Positions 24,090 through 38,539 of a stretch of DNA of 64,000 nt are shown here, one piece after another. The position numbers and the translations under genes are program-made. Position 1 is the stretch's first letter; each line of letters opens with the position of its first letter. The notes beneath the pieces were generated by a model. That model did not search any database. It was not told where the DNA came from and saw only the letters and a program-made list of their open reading frames with translations. This stretch comes from Octopus sinensis (lineage: Eukaryota): the NCBI RefSeq assembly GCF_006345805.1, contig NC_042999.1, positions 51,212,001 to 51,276,000 on the forward strand, read 5' to 3'.

Positions 24090-27010
24090 TTTTTATTGGC
24101 TGTCCAGGCCACAGAAATATTTAGGACACTACAAAGGACAGTGGAGAGTTACATAGAAACATGTAAGCAATAAAATGATAACAATTTTAAAAAAATTTTA
24201 ATGAACAAAATCCCTTATAGGGAGCGAAATTCCACTCTGTGGAAATCAAGGAACTGCACAGATCCTAAGCCACCCTACTCACCAGAAGTACTATGGCAAT
24301 TGCTCCTCTCTCCTCCATTCTCCTCAGCTGACAGGCATCAGCTTAAAGTAGGGCCATCCCCACTACATTCACCTCACCACATCTCACTCCTTGCAAAAAA
24401 TTTACTAGGTGGCAGTAAATCTCTTTCAACACTCACCTTCGTTCTCAAATGGAATTTTAAAAAGCTAGTGTGGTTTTGGCCAAAGAGAAAAGTGTCTGTC
24501 TTCAGCCCTTTCAATCTCATGTATCATATAACCTCTTTCACCATAACTACCAGACAGAGTAAAACTGCCTGATCTCCTCAACTGAAGGAAGAAAGCAGGG
24601 CAATATTTATGATGGAGTCAGCTGATAGCCAGATCCATCTTATATGTGATAGCTGTTCGACATAACTTCACAAGTCACAGAAGTGGCTGTGTGGTAAGTA
24701 GCTTGCTTACCAACCACATGGTTCCAGATTCAGTCCCACTGCATGGCACCTTGGGCAAGTGTCTTCTACTACAGCCTCGAGCTGACCAAAGCCTTGTGAG
24801 TGGATTTGGTTGACAGAAACTGAAAGAAGCCCGTCGTATATATATGTATATATGTGTGTGTGTTTGTATGTCTGTGTTTGTCCCCCCAACATCGCTTGAC
24901 AACCGATGCTGGTGTGTTTACGTCCCCGTAACTTAGCGGTTCGGCAAAAAGAGACCGATAGAATAAGTACTAGGCTTACAAAGAATAAGTCCTGGGGTCG
25001 ATTTGCTTGACTAAAGGCGGTACTCCAGCATGGCCACATTCAAATGACTGAAACAAGTAAAGAGTAAGTCAGCAATGGCCAAGCACTATATGAATATGTG
25101 CAGGACAGTTTCATTGCTCCGCATGCATCAAGCACAACACTGTTGATGGTACTACCATACCTGTAGAGTTTATTCTAAACCCTTCTCTATAGCACTGCCA
25201 GGCCAGAGATTTTCATCAACACCAAAAGTTTTCCCCAAAACATTGTCACTATTGCCTACCACTAATCTTCTATAAAAAAAAACCATGGTGGAACATCCAC
25301 TGAATGCACTGCCTGACTGGCAGAAGGCTGTGAGCACCTGACAATATTCAAGGTGCCAGGCACTCTCTTTCAGTCTATGCTTGATACAGGACTGCATCTC
25401 TGTCAAAGAGACAAGCTGTGGAAAAGCCTGTCTAACAAATGGTGACCACACTTGCTTACCGATGAAGAAAAGCTGCAGATGATTCAGCCTCAACATGTCT
25501 GTGCCCAGTCTTCCACACAGCAGGTACTGGCAGCAATTGGACCATTTGACCAGCTTAATATATCCCTCGTCACAAAAAGCAAGAAAACAAATGCTCCATT
25601 CTGGTCAGCTATGAAGCTACTGCAAGCTACTACAGCACAGTCAGGCTGTAGTAGATGCCAGATGCAACCTCTGCCTGACTCTTCAGGATAGTTTCCTTTC
25701 ATTCTATTTCTAGATGAGACTAAGCACTCTTCTCATCACCTCTTCCCAATTCTTGTTCACCTGGAAGTCTGAACCAAGCTAAACACCAAGCAATTTAACC
25801 AGTTTAACGCCCAACATCACAATTAAACAGGGCAAACCTGCCTCTCCAGCTACTAAACTGCAAGCCCAGTGACTTCTGGTTAATTTTTGCCCCTGTCACT
25901 TTTTCTTTAGAGTAGTGCCAATCACTTCAATGTGTTTGGTGTCCAGCTCCATTTCAGTAACATTGTCTATATATGCAAACATAGATCTTCTGCATTCTTG
26001 GTTTCACGAGATATCCATCAAAACCTCCAACTTCAGTAGTTGTGGCTTTAGAGTCAGTGTCTACAGAAGGATGAGGAGGGGGCACCCCTGACAAACCGTT
26101 TGCATGATACTGAACAATTCCAGCATGTAACCATTTACTTTGGCCTATGAACAAATAGTGTACATTGTAGTGATCCAGCCTCAGCCTCTGAAGATGGGAC
26201 CAAAACCAGCCACAATATATTGAAGGTCGACCCTGTCAAAAGTTTTTCACTGACTTAAATTGATCAAAGTAACTGCCCATGTCAGATTCTTTACCCACAT
26301 TCTCTGATATATCATGTAAGTGGAGGTTGTCTGAGATATCTCTGTCTGGTATGACAGAGTATCAACGGCAAGCACCAACCTGTAAGTTAACGTCTTTGTC
26401 AAAATCTTCAACTCTGCATTTAGCAGTGTTATGGGCCTGAAATTGTTAAGACAGTCCCTCTTGTTTTGGTTCTTTCTCAGCAGCACCATTACACCTCTTT
26501 TCACAGGATTGGGAATTCTCCCATTCTGTTGCCAGTTACAGTAGACAAACGCCAAGAGGCCCTTAAGTCTGGCATATAACAATAAAGCTCATAGGACAGA
26601 CTATCCAGCTTTGGCAACTTCTCCATCATGCAGCCCATCATTGCTTCCTGCTGTTATCAGCTTTTTTCAGGACTCCACATATCTAGTCAAGAACCATGGC
26701 CTACTGTTAACACTTGAGTAAAATGCCACTGGAAGCTGCACATATTTTCCTAGAATCAAGTAGCACATGCCTCCTGTGATGCATCAAAGACCAAATTGTG
26801 GCTTTGTTTATCACATTGCACCTTGCCATTCAGGCCCAACAAACAACTTTCCTTTCCTCATGCTTTAGAGCATGCACCTAAGCTTTGACAATGCAACCTT
26901 CATGCTTGGCATTGAAGGATCAGTGAAGGGCCAATCTCATCACCAGTATGTCAATTGCAAAGCCTTTTCTTAGTGCATGTTTGTAGATATTACACTTATG
27001 TTATTAATAT
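24090..27010 (-). mobile_element. decayed L1/Tx1-clade LINE (ORF2 to 3' end), SINE A inserted
   Basis: NFRPITLLNAELKIL (26247-26582), WSPFVRQAFPQ (25170-25496); homologous to 33966-35586. Confidence 0.85.
24680..25066 (+). mobile_element. SINE family A
   Basis: full-length match. Confidence 0.9.
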
Positions 27011-28479
27011 CCTTAGAAGAACCATGAACATCACAACATGTTATTACTCAATAACTCTGATCTATTTTGTGAGGTTTTGACACCATTTTCATTATTATCA
27101 TTAAAATAGTAGACTCGCTCCAGATGGCTACTTCTGGTCTTCACTGATTATTTCTAGTTTGAAATCTTTTACTCCTAATTTCAGTTGATTTTGTACACAC
27201 ACACACACATACACACACACCTCCAGAAGGCTGCTGATGTAATTAGTAATTTGGGTTAAATCTATGGATTCCAGTACCCTCATCACCTGTTTATGTCTTA
27301 AAACATTGTTGGACATTATAATCTTTAATAAGTATCATCTCATCTTCACTTTCAGCATTACTATCATCATCAACATCACCTCTGTTATTATTGAATAACC
27401 TGCTGTAATAGCTACCAAATCTCTCAAATTCTGCAAGGCCATCTTAATAAGAAAAGGTAAAACATGGATAACATTGTCCTTGATGCAGCATGTCTGACTT
27501 GAGACCAAACAACAACATTTAAAAATCTTTGTTATCATTCTCTCACATTTCTTTACTGTTATCATCACCATCGCCTTTATTATCATCATCATCACCATCA
27601 CCATTTTGCTTATATTGATATCTGGAAAAACGTTTAAATCATCTACATCGGAATTAAGCCTGTCTATCTTTGCTAAAGAATTCACTTGGCATTAAATAAT
27701 GTTTGATCTCTACCACAGACCAGCAAACACTCCATTAGTTTCATGCTGCACTTTTTCTGGAAATATATGACGAGAAGCCAAAGCCAGTACAGCCTTCACC
27801 TATATATTGTTGGTGAACCTTCTAATAAATCCTGTTAACACTGAACAAGTCTTTGACCTGAAAATCAAACAGTAAAATATTTGGTATATTTCTGTTCCAT
27901 TTTTTAATGGAGTCCTGTTAGATGAAGGGGTGTCTTTAGATTTAAACTGTTTTTTACTAATAAATCCAGTTTATAGTATACAAGCCTGCCATTCTATCAT
28001 CAAAACTGTCATTCTGTTGTTTTCCTATATTTATTTATTGGTTTATATCAAAAAATGTTTTCAACCTCCCCCACCCCACCCATCTCACTCACACCTTGTT
28101 TTTAAACTGTGAACTTTTGTTCAATTTTATTCTAATATGTAATTAACTATTATAATAAACTTTTACAATTTCACTCCTTGGATTTAATTCATTTATCAAA
28201 TGGTTGTCCATAGTATTCCCAATAAACACAAAAATAAAAATGAATTTTAAAAATTAATAATTATTTAAAGATTTTTCTAATGCTATTTCTATTTCTGAAA
28301 TTTTTTTTTTCTTATCTTATAGTGGAGGGAGAAGATAGTGCCCAGGATCTTTTGCAGGGCTTCTGAGGTTAGTGGAAAGGAGAGAGAATATGGAAAATAT
28401 CCTCAAAGCAGACACTTGACTCAAATGATTGAAACAGAGTGAACTCTACCAAAGGCACTCAGTCTCTCCGGTCATCATC

Positions 28480-29130
28480 TCATTATCTTTTAACGTCCTT
28501 CTCCCATACCGGTATAGGTTGGATGGTTTGACAGGATCCATAAGGCGGCGAGCTGGCAGAATCGTTAGCATGCCAGGGCGAAATGCGTAGCCGTATTTCA
28601 TCTGCCGTTACGTTCTGAGTTCAAATTCCACCGAGATCAACTTTGCCTTTCATCCTTTCGGGGTCGATAAATTAAGTACCAGTTATGCACTGGGGTCGAT
28701 GTAATCGACTTAATCCGTTTGTTTGTCCCCTCTGTGTTTAGCCCCTTGTGGGTAGTAAAGAAATAGGTTTAACAGGATCCAATAGGTTCAAGGACTACAT
28801 CCTGTTCCAGTGTCAGCTTTGTCATGGTTTCTATAGCTGGATTCCTTTCAGAATGCCAACCATTTTACAGTATGTGCTGAATGCTGTTTTCACGCCACTG
28901 GCACAAGTGAAGTCTACAAACCCCAAAGAAGGTGGCTTTACACTAGAAAATGAGGAGTTACAGTCTAAGAGAAGGTGCCTGAACAAAACAGGTTTGCTGC
29001 TGTAAAAAAGCTATGCAGTTACTAACATTATAAGGGAGAGCATGGTGATATTTGGGGTGAGCCAGGAAGATGTGATGAGGTGTCTGGCTGGAACCTCAGG
29101 GTCCAAGTTGAAATGAGTGAGAACAGACTG
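28480..29130 (-). mobile_element. old RTE-like 3' tail interrupted by SINE B
   Basis: TTTAACGTCC...GGTTGGATGGTTTGACAGG...CTGGATTCCTTTC resembles the RTE terminus. Confidence 0.55.
28541..28765 (+). mobile_element. tRNA-derived SINE family B
   Basis: A box TGGCAGAATCG, B box GTTCAAATTCC; 16-bp TSD GGTTT(G/A)ACAGGATCCA at 28525-28540 and 28766-28781. Confidence 0.9.
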
Positions 29131-29785
29131 GAACTAGGCGTGTGGATGAGTAGAGGCTGTAACTGGGAGAAGGAATAGATAGGAAATAGGTAAGGAGAGA
29201 AGCATTATTTTACCTTTTTGAAAGGTGAGGTTGCTGCATTAAATAAAACAGCAACAACTTGAAGCAACATTATGTTTTCAGTAGGGTATGATGACTTAAA
29301 TTTATTGATTTAAACATAGGAAAAAATAAGTGTTCAAAAAAGTATTAAGAAACCTGCCAGTTTGAAAGAAGAAAACCACTGATGAATACAAGCAATGTCA
29401 TCTCTAAAAATGTAGAAATTTGTGCAGAAATTTACAATGTGTGAAAGTTTTGTCTTTCTTTGCAAAGAATGTTTGCATCCATGCAAATAGCTACCTCTCA
29501 AATTGCTTCAATTATAAAAAGGTCCTATTTCATCTCAAAAACTTGCTTGTAAATTTTTTCCTTTCCTACTTATAGAATGTGTCTGTGTGTATGTGCATAA
29601 ATACACAGCTTAAAGAGAACACTGGGTATGCAGAAGTATTTCATTCCTCTACTTTGCCATCAGAGGATGGTGGGTGGCTTATATCACCTGATGCTTCCCA
29701 ACTTCAGCTTCACAGACCTTAGCAAACCTTTAGTTCCTAAAACCCATTCCCATCATTGTTGCACAAAATTTAAAACTTACTTTAG

Positions 29786-30340
29786 CCCTTTAGTATTCAC
29801 ATTACTCTGTCAGAAATGATTATTTATTTCTCATTATTTTGTATTAATCATGCATTATGTTATAGCATTGAGATTTTAAAGAGGTAATGTAATTTTTAGA
29901 ATGATATTGTAGGGTTAGTGTGAGAAGCCAGATCTGGTCAGTTTGATAATAAAGCAGGTAGAAAATTTTTGGCCAGTTATCATTATCTCATCATCATCTT
30001 CATTTAGCGTTTGCTTTCCATGCACCTAAGAGCATGCACCTAACTGGGTTCAACTGGGGTCTGGGAAGCCAGGAGGCTGCACCAGGCCCAGTCTGATCTG
30101 GCAATGTTTCTACGGCTGGATGCCCTTCCTAACGCCAACCACTCCGTGAGTGTAGTGGGTGCTTTTTACGTGCCAGACAAGGCTGGCAAACGGCCACAAT
30201 CAGATGGTGCTTTTTACGTTCCACCGGCACGGGGGCCAGGCGAGGCTGGCAACGTCCACAATTGGATGGTGCTTTTTATGTGCCACCGGCACAAGGCCAG
30301 TCAGGGCCAGTAGCATGTGGCCGGTTTAAATACTAAAGGG
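29786..30340. mobile_element. piggyBac-like MITE
   Basis: TIR CCCTTTAGTATT/AATACTAAAGGG flanked by TTAG and TTAA. Confidence 0.7.
29978..30304 (-). mobile_element. RTE 3' tail inserted in the MITE
   Basis: RTE terminus; TSD GGCCAGT at 29971 and 30305. Confidence 0.85.
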
Positions 30341-31999
30341 TTAAACTGCTTTACTTGTCTTCCATTTATGTCCATATAATGTAAGTATCTGAAATTGTGG
30401 TCACGTGCCTGTGTTTTCACGAAGAATTGTAGAAGAATGTGAGTATTATGTGTATACGCTGTAGGTATTTTATGGGGTTAAGGCAAGATGAGCTTAGGTT
30501 ATAAAAGGTATATTACAGGATGAATCCTTGTGGTACTTAGACTTAATGACTTGACTGGTAGTTTACCAGTCAGAATTTTGTTTGTGTGTAGATGGCTTGT
30601 TGATGCTGTTGATAAAATGGTGCACTTGTTGGGGTGTCTTTTATTATTCCAGCTGTTGTTTTTATGAGTAGTGTAGGCTTGAAAAAGGAAAGTACTGCAT
30701 CAGTTGGTTCTCTGTTTTGTAGTTTAGAAGAGCAGAGACCATTGTAGTAGTGGTAGTAGCATTTACAAGAGCGATATAGCATGTCAGTGTACTGAGTGTT
30801 AATAATGAATGACAATTTACCAATCAGTCAGACTATTATTGTTAGCAATCTATAATTGTGTGTAGCAATTGTTGTGCTTTGGATATGTAAACAAACCACA
30901 CCTGTGTTTTATATTTCACCAGTTCACAGCTGAATTAATTATTCTAGAATAAGCATCATCCATAATTTGTTTTTGAAATAATATGAATAGCACACTTCCT
31001 GACTGTCCAAGATAAACATTTTCCTATGTCTGACCATTGGAATGTCTTAATTGCCTTCACTTCCTCATGACTATTTGCTATTAATGACATCATCTGTTGC
31101 ACTCACACCCCATTTTTAAAATTATCGTTTAAATGATTTTATCAAAAGAAAGGTTGTAACATCCATGACCATTTCTAGGACCTCTAGACTGGGGGTGGGA
31201 AGTTACCTACAAACTAGAGAACCAGTTGAAATGCTTACAATATTGTAGATACTACTCAAGGTTCCCAAAGATGAGAGTGGAGTTGGATGTAATGTTAAAC
31301 AAGGCAGCTCATTAAATCTAGCTCCTTAGAACAGGAGATATGTCAGATAGGCTTCCTTGCAGTTTCCATTTATCAAATTTCACTTACAACAATGCAATAC
31401 TATGACTATCACACCTGCACACATGGTTACTAAATCTCAGCCTGTTTCCCATCCTAAGCGAGATTACTTTCAAAATGCTTGAATTTCCTTGAAGAGTCCC
31501 AAGTAATAAAAACTGCATTTGTGGCCATTCTTACTAAAAATGTGTGTGTGTTATGAAGCAAACAGCTCAGACAAGTAGTCACTACTTGGACCATAAAATA
31601 GGTTTAGAGAATGGCTTAAATCTAGTTGCTTCACCAGATTATTGGTACCTATCCAAAGTACTAGGTACTTAATGTCCCTAGCAATAAAAGTGTTTTAATC
31701 TTTATTCACAAGTGGTTGATCAAAACCATCTTCCTTGTCATGTCCAGTTCTGTCCCTCACACAACCAAAGTCTTTAACCTCAAAACTCCCAGTTGTTTAC
31801 TTCAGTTACAACACTTGAAAGAGACTGCTCTTCGCCACTTCTAACTAGGACCCTTTTACCCTGACTGTAATATGATCAACAAAACAAGCCAAAGATGCCT
31901 TGTTACATCACTCAGTGTCTTAGTTCTCCTGCTTTCCAACTTATAACAACTGCTTTTCATCCCATTTTTTTATTAAAATTTTCCTGTCTGACACTCATA

Positions 32000-34900
32000 A
32001 GCCTAATTGCTCTGTAAGCAATATTCACACTGAAAAATATATTTCCATTTGCTTCTCACCTCACCTCCAACTCTGTTTACTTCCCACACTCAATACATGT
32101 CAGAGAGACCAAGCTTTGGGTTATGGTCAAAGGGAGTAAGCCTTGACACTACATGTGTGGCCAAAAAGGCCACATTAGATCTGAGTGCCAGCATTCCCCC
32201 AAGAAATCGATGGTGCCCCCACCTCCCAAGACACCAACAGAGAAAGCAGAAACAGAGGAGAGCCAGGGGGAGGAATGGAAAGTAAAACCTTCTAGAAAAG
32301 AAAAAAAGAAAATTGATAGCCCAACCCAACCCTACTAGCCCCACAGCCAAAACAAAAAAAAACCAACAAAACACACAAGTAATCCAAACTCTCCAACCCA
32401 AGCTATATCCCCACCCAACTGGAAATGAATTTAACAGCAGTAAACACTGATAACAAGATACTATTACATAAACTAAAAGAAACTCTAACAGCGGAGATGA
32501 GGGAAAAGTATGGAGAAAAAATACCAGAAAACATTGCTATTTACAAAATTGATATACAACACTATAATATGCTGCAAAGTCAGTTTAAAAAAGACATAGG
32601 CCCTCTTAGGATGGATTTTTCTCCATTAATCTATGAGGGTCTTGTTAATAATACCTTGCAAGCCCCAAAAGAAGTGGACAAAGATGGTTTTACCATACCA
32701 TCTCCACCATGAAGTAAGTAAACATTTTTATGGATGCACTCAATGTAGGGTGCATAAATGTGCATGGCCTGGGGTCACATTGGAAACAAGGTCATTTCCT
32801 TAATTACCTCAGGTCGCATAGTATGGATATAGTAGTTGCAATAGAATCCAAACTTAGTGGTCAGAGGAACTTCTCCCCCCTCCTAAACAGCTATGAGAAA
32901 TTTATTTTTCCATGCCTACCTGGAGGAGGGAGGGGTGCTGCTGTTCTGCTCAGGAAAAACCTGGATTTAGAGACAGAATCAATTTTTATTGACCCAGTGA
33001 TAAGTCCTTCAGGCTGGTAGCTGTCTATGCTCCCTCCAGAGCTGGACAGTGTGACTTTTAATAGAAGCCTAGAGAATTTTCTAGGTATGTCACACACTGT
33101 AGTGATGTTAGGTGACTTTAACACAATTTGTGACACACGAGTAGATTGTGTTGGCTCACATTCAAGAGGGGAAACCTATGCCTCAAAAATCTGCGAGGTC
33201 AGTTTCAGCTGGCAGATTGGTATATATTAGATTTCCTGGATGCTCCATTGTGGACATGGAGTAATAGTGATGGGTCTTCTATATCTTATATAGACAGGAT
33301 TATAATTAGGTGGAAAGATAAAAACCTAGTTAAGAGTCCACAATTCTACCTACAGTGATCACAAATTTGTAACCTATAGGCTTGACTTGGATAGGTTATG
33401 TAGACAGGAACTCAGCTACTGGAAACTTAATAATTCTATTTTGGCTTATGAGGAGTACAGGAGCTGGATTAGGCAGTTAGTGATGAGGGTATTAACCATT
33501 ATTAACAAGAAATGGTGGTGTGCCCTCAAAAGAGCCATAAAGTTTGAGTCAATTAGATATAGCAAAGATTTATTGGCTAAGAAAAATAGAATAGAAAGAG
33601 CTTTTGTTAAGGCTCTAGAAGAGGCATTGAGGTCTGGCTCTGCATCCCAAGTTTTAGTTGCGAGATTGGCTCTCAACCAACACTGCAAGGCTAAACACAA
33701 GTTTAGTTAGGGTAAAGCAATGTGCAATGGGTTGAGAGGGAATCAAAGCTGCTGGATGGGCATATGTGTTAGGGGCTCAATGTGGAAACAATGTCACAAT
33801 AAGGTCTATGACAGATCAACAAGGGAACTTGGCAAACGAACTCGAGGACATGTGTAAGGTCTTTCAAGAGCATTTCACCCAGCTATTCAGGAGGGGTGGT
33901 GAATCGGAGTGTAGGAGGGACCTCATGGACTTACTTAGGTTTGCCGCATTTTTGGGGGGCGGGAAGTGGAATGCCGTGAAGAGCTGATCATAGCTCTGGA
34001 GGTGGAGGAGGCTTTGTTGGACTGCGTAGGGGACAAGTCACCGGGGCTAGATGGTCTCCCCTACGAGCTATATTACACTATGGCAGACTTGTTTGGGCTA
34101 ATACTGGCATGTGTCTTCACCAACAGGCAGCAGAATGGGTTTATTGCCAAATCTGTGAGCCAAGGGGTGGTGACACTGCTTAGAAAGGGCCCAACCAAGA
34201 GGGATTTTGTAGATAATTTCCTGCCCATCACTCTTCTTAATGCTGAGTTGAAGATTTTGGCCAAGGTATTAGCAAAAAGGTTGGCATGTGTCGTGGATGG
34301 ACTTGTCGAGGAGGCACAAATAGGTGCCATTCCCAGCAGATCCATACAGGACAATCTCCACCTTATATGCCATACCTTAGAGAGGGTTAATAAGATTCTT
34401 GGCAAGGGTGGGGCTTTGGTCCTTTTAGACCAATCTAAAGCTTTTGATAGGATTGACCATCAGTATCTGGTGTCAGTATGATTTGGCCTGGCCTTCTGTG
34501 GGTGGATCATTGCTTTATATAGCAACATCAATTCGACCATGTGGGTGAACGGTTTCTTCTCGAAACCATTCTGCATCAAGTGCTCAATACATCAAGGATG
34601 TCCTCTCTCCCCCACTTCTGTATGTGTTGGTTATGGAGTCTTTATTGCGGAAGTTGAAGGGAATGAGGGACGTCCCACGTAATCTAGGTTGTAGAAGGTC
34701 AATTATGGCATATGCGGACGACTTCACCATCATCATGTCCAAGATGCAACACCTACAGAGGGTAGGCGAGGCCATTAAGGATTACGAGGAAATGGCAGGA
34801 GCAAAAATTAACCATGATAAGTCAGTCAGCTTGCAACTCGGCACCTGAAGAGGCAAGTCGATACCACCCAACAACGTTACCGGGCGTTGGACTGAAGGTC

Positions 34901-35825
34901 CAGCTAAAATGCTGGGGGTTTGGTTCATTCCAGATCTCCAGATAGAAAAAAAATTGGAGCAAGGTGATGAGCAGGGTGGCCTACCTAACTCAGACCTGGT
35001 CTGAGCGGTGGCTATCGCTGTAAGGGAAGGCGGAGGTCGCAAATGTGTTGATTGCATCTGTGATTACCTATTGTCTAATCGTCATGCCTTGCCCTGATTC
35101 ATGGATAAGCATGTTGGAATGTCTGCTCTTTCACTTCTTGTGGAAGAATAGCAGTCCTCTTGTAATGTCTCCTGCCATTAGCCACTAAACGGTGGGCTAG
35201 GGATGCCTTGGCTGTTGATGCACAGGCATGCACTGAGGCTGAGGCATCTGTGGCTCTACCTGGATGGTGAACAGGTGTGGTCTCCATTCGTCAAATCGTT
35301 ACTTCCTAGGTTTACTAGTTTTAGTGAACTAGTACTGTGGATCAGGCGTAGTCCGAAGTTGGGAGCTTGGCAATCGGGGTACCGTCAGGCACTCTCACTT
35401 CTTTCCCACACGGGTAATGCCAGCAGCAGGGATTCCACCTCACCATTCTATAGAGGGTTGGTAGAGGCCAAGGGTGATAATGACCTGGGGAAGACACTGG
35501 GCTTTAATAGTAGTCAACTTGCCAGCCTGTTCCGAAGGACATTCGTGCCAAGACCTTTGGATGATTTCCAAAAATCTCTGGCTTAGCAATGTTACCGAGG
35601 AGGCTTACCAGTTCGCAATAAACTCGAAAGGCATGGTACTTCCTGTTCGTCCATGTGCCCAAAATGTGAGCAGGACAGGAAAACTGTTTTGCATGCCATT
35701 GTGCAGTGCTCGAAAGTTTCAGAAATGTGGGTTTACGCTGAACAGTTGTGGTCACGTCTAGGAAGAGTACAACTATCTTCCAAGTCAATTTTAAGGATTA
35801 TTTATCCTTTCTCTTTGAACAAAGA
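32000..35825 (+). mobile_element. decayed L1/Tx1-clade LINE: ORF1 (CCHC knuckle) + ORF2 (APE, RT, Cys-rich C-terminus)
   Basis: MCGQKGHIRSEC; NVGCINVHGL, LGDFN, YIDRI; PITLLNAELKIL, DQSKAFD, AYADD, CPKC..HAIVQC; many stops; start approximate. Confidence 0.9.
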
Positions 35826-35836
35826 AGATATAGGTA

Positions 35837-35925
35837 TATCTATAATTGGTGACACAACACAGAACAAGGAGCATGTACCAATATCTATAATTGGTGGCCT
35901 GACGTGGAACACGCACCACGACCAC
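35837..35925. repeat. two units of the 45-bp minisatellite, inverted relative to the main array
   Basis: TATCTATAATTGGTGAC...GGAACACGCACCA. Confidence 0.85.
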
Positions 35926-36592
35926 CATCTGTATTTGTGACCCAGCTTAGAGACACATTCCTTTCCGTAGTTCAGTTCCAGTTTTCATTTTACTTCGATG
36001 ACCAAACTTCTTTCTAAATTCATCTCTCTTATCTCCATGCACACATGTCGCAGTTAATCTTACATATATTGTAATGACTGAGTGTTGTCCAAAATCAACT
36101 CTCATTATCTCGCATCACACAGTCATTTACAAATTGGTGACACCCAAGCTATAAGATCAACAGTCTTCATTTCAAAAGCCATTGGCTCATGTGATTGGCG
36201 ACGTTCAACTTCATGATTACCTCTACATTATCATCTCTATCACATGTGAAAAGCTATGAATTTTTCATCGATCAAATATTCTATTTGGTCAAGGACATGC
36301 GGAGCCTATAACGAATGACTTCCTTGCGGCTGAGGCCTTTGCCGTTTTTCACGCGTAAAACTAGGCAACTATGTCAATTTGACAACTTTTTGACAGTTTT
36401 CTTCATGTTTCACGAGATATTACTTCATTCTTACACAGAGTTGCATTTACATTTCCAGTATGTAAAATTTTTGATGCCTTCTTATTCCCAGTTCAGCATT
36501 TTTTGTCACCTCCCCACTTCTCTCGGTCACTTCTGTCGGTATCCTTCAGTGATCTTTGTCCGCAGCTTCAACTTCAATTGCTGGTTACCTTG

Positions 36593-37402
36593 CATGGTGC
36601 TTGTTCCGTGTTGAGTCACCAATTATAGATAGTGGTCCATGGTGCTCTACCCATGTCGCATCACCAATTATGGATAGTGGTCCATGGTGCGTGTTCCACC
36701 TTGGGTTACCAATAATAGATATTGGTCCATGGTGCGTGTTCCATGTTAGGTTACCAATTATAGATAGTGGTCCATGATGCGTGTATTACGCCACATCAAG
36801 AATTATAGATAGTGGTACGTGGTGCATGTTCCGTGTTGGGTCACCAATTATAGATAGTGGTCCGTGGTGAGTGTTCCATGTCAGGTTACCAATTATAGAT
36901 AGTGGTCCGTGGTGAGTGTTCCATGTCAGGTTACCAATTATAGATAGTGGTCCGTGGTGAGTGTTCCATGTCAGGTTACCAATTATAGATAGTGGTCCGT
37001 GGTGAGTGTTCCATGTCAGGTCACCAATTATAGATAGTGGTCCATGGTGCATGTTCCATGTCAGGTCACCAATTATAGATAGTGGTCCGTGGTACATGTT
37101 CCGTGTCAGGTCACCAATTATAAATAAGGGTCCGTGGTGCATGTTCCGTGTCAGGTCACCAATTATAGATAGTGGTTCATGGTGCTTGTTCCATGTCAGG
37201 TCACCAATTATAGATAAGGGTCCGTGGTGCATGTTCCGTGTCAAGTCACCAATTATAGATAGTGATCCATGGTGAGTGTTCCATGCCGGGTCACCAATTA
37301 TAGATAGTGGTCCATGGTGCTTGTTCCGTGTCAGATCACAATTATAGATAGTGTTCCATGGTGCGTGTTCCATGTCGGGTTACCAATTATTGATAGTGGT
37401 CC
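36593..37402. repeat. 45-bp minisatellite, about 18 units
   Basis: unit GGTCACCAATTATAGATAGTGGTCCATGGTGCATGTTCCATGTCA. Confidence 0.95.
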
Positions 37403-38269
37403 AATTAACGATGGGCAAGTTGATGTGTAGTGTAGCCATCTTTTAACGACTCATATCATAAGGCTGAAATAATACATATAATATGCCAGTTGGAAAAGAC
37501 AGAGATACAACAGCATAGAAAGCTTATAAAAGATTTATTGATATATTTACATGCATCTGTGTGGGTTGTATGTTTGCTGTTAACCATGGTGGAGTAGTTC
37601 ATGGACAGAGCTATTTTAGAACCTGGTGCCGTGTACGTAGAGATGTTGTTGACGATGTTGGTGAGAGATATGATGGTGGTGACGAAGATGGAGGTTACTG
37701 TAATGGTGTTGGACAGGTGTTATCTGGTGTTGTCGCTGGAACTGGCTGTGTCGTGTGGTCCGTGGCTAGACCTTAGAAGGTCTGGAACCAAAGACCTCAA
37801 GATGAAGAGAAGTTGAGTTTTTATAGATAACAGTAGGCTAAAACTGGGGTTGAGAATAGACTGTCCCATGTGATTTAGTTGGAGGCTGCAATTGGTTAGG
37901 TTGCACATTGGGGCGCTAGAGTAAAAGACAAATTGCACCAATAGCAACCAATCAGAGTGGTGGATACAATGGAGTCCAAATAGCGGCCAAAGGTTAGCTG
38001 TTATCTGCTACGTTTGGATGTATGTCTATATAATAAAGGAGAGAGGAATTTCACTCGAGTGTACACTACAAAGGTAATGCTTGTTTTCTCGCTGTGGTTT
38101 CTGTAGTGAAAGAGGTTGTATGGAGGACTCGTATGAAAGGAGTTGCAACAGGCATCTCTACCTACAGCCTTGCACTGGTGAATTTCTTTGTTTTCCGTCC
38201 AAAAAGGAAGATAAGGCTGGAGAGGTAATGCCTGTTTCCTGATATATATGGGAAAAGATGGAAGGCTGT

Positions 38270-38530
38270 CATACACATGGCTAAGAATGAATGATTCTAC
38301 TTAAGTGTATTCATAAGGATAACAAAAGGTTTGAGTGGTAGTATGGGACTTGTGGGGGGTCGAAGCAGAACCTATCCCCCACTCCATTGTATTATCATTG
38401 TAATGTCCATCATCCGATTTATTTCTAAATTTTAAACTGTCATATTTATGTTTGATCATTCGTTGTATTACCCCCTTCCCTCATTTGTCTTGTCCCCTCT
38501 ATATGTACTTCAGGTATGCAATAAAGAATT
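38270..38530 (+). mobile_element. probable L1/Tx1 ORF2 end and 3' UTR
   Basis: frameshifted RMNDST..SVFI-like remnant, T-rich UTR ending AATAAAGAA; similar in style to the L1 end near 24090. Confidence 0.45.
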
Positions 38531-38539
38531 TACCATTCG

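Noticed and set aside
36593-37402. 45-bp array as a CRISPR array or a repeat-protein gene
   Set aside because: There are no unique spacers; the open frame follows from a stop-free unit divisible by 3, and no splice or start context supports a gene.
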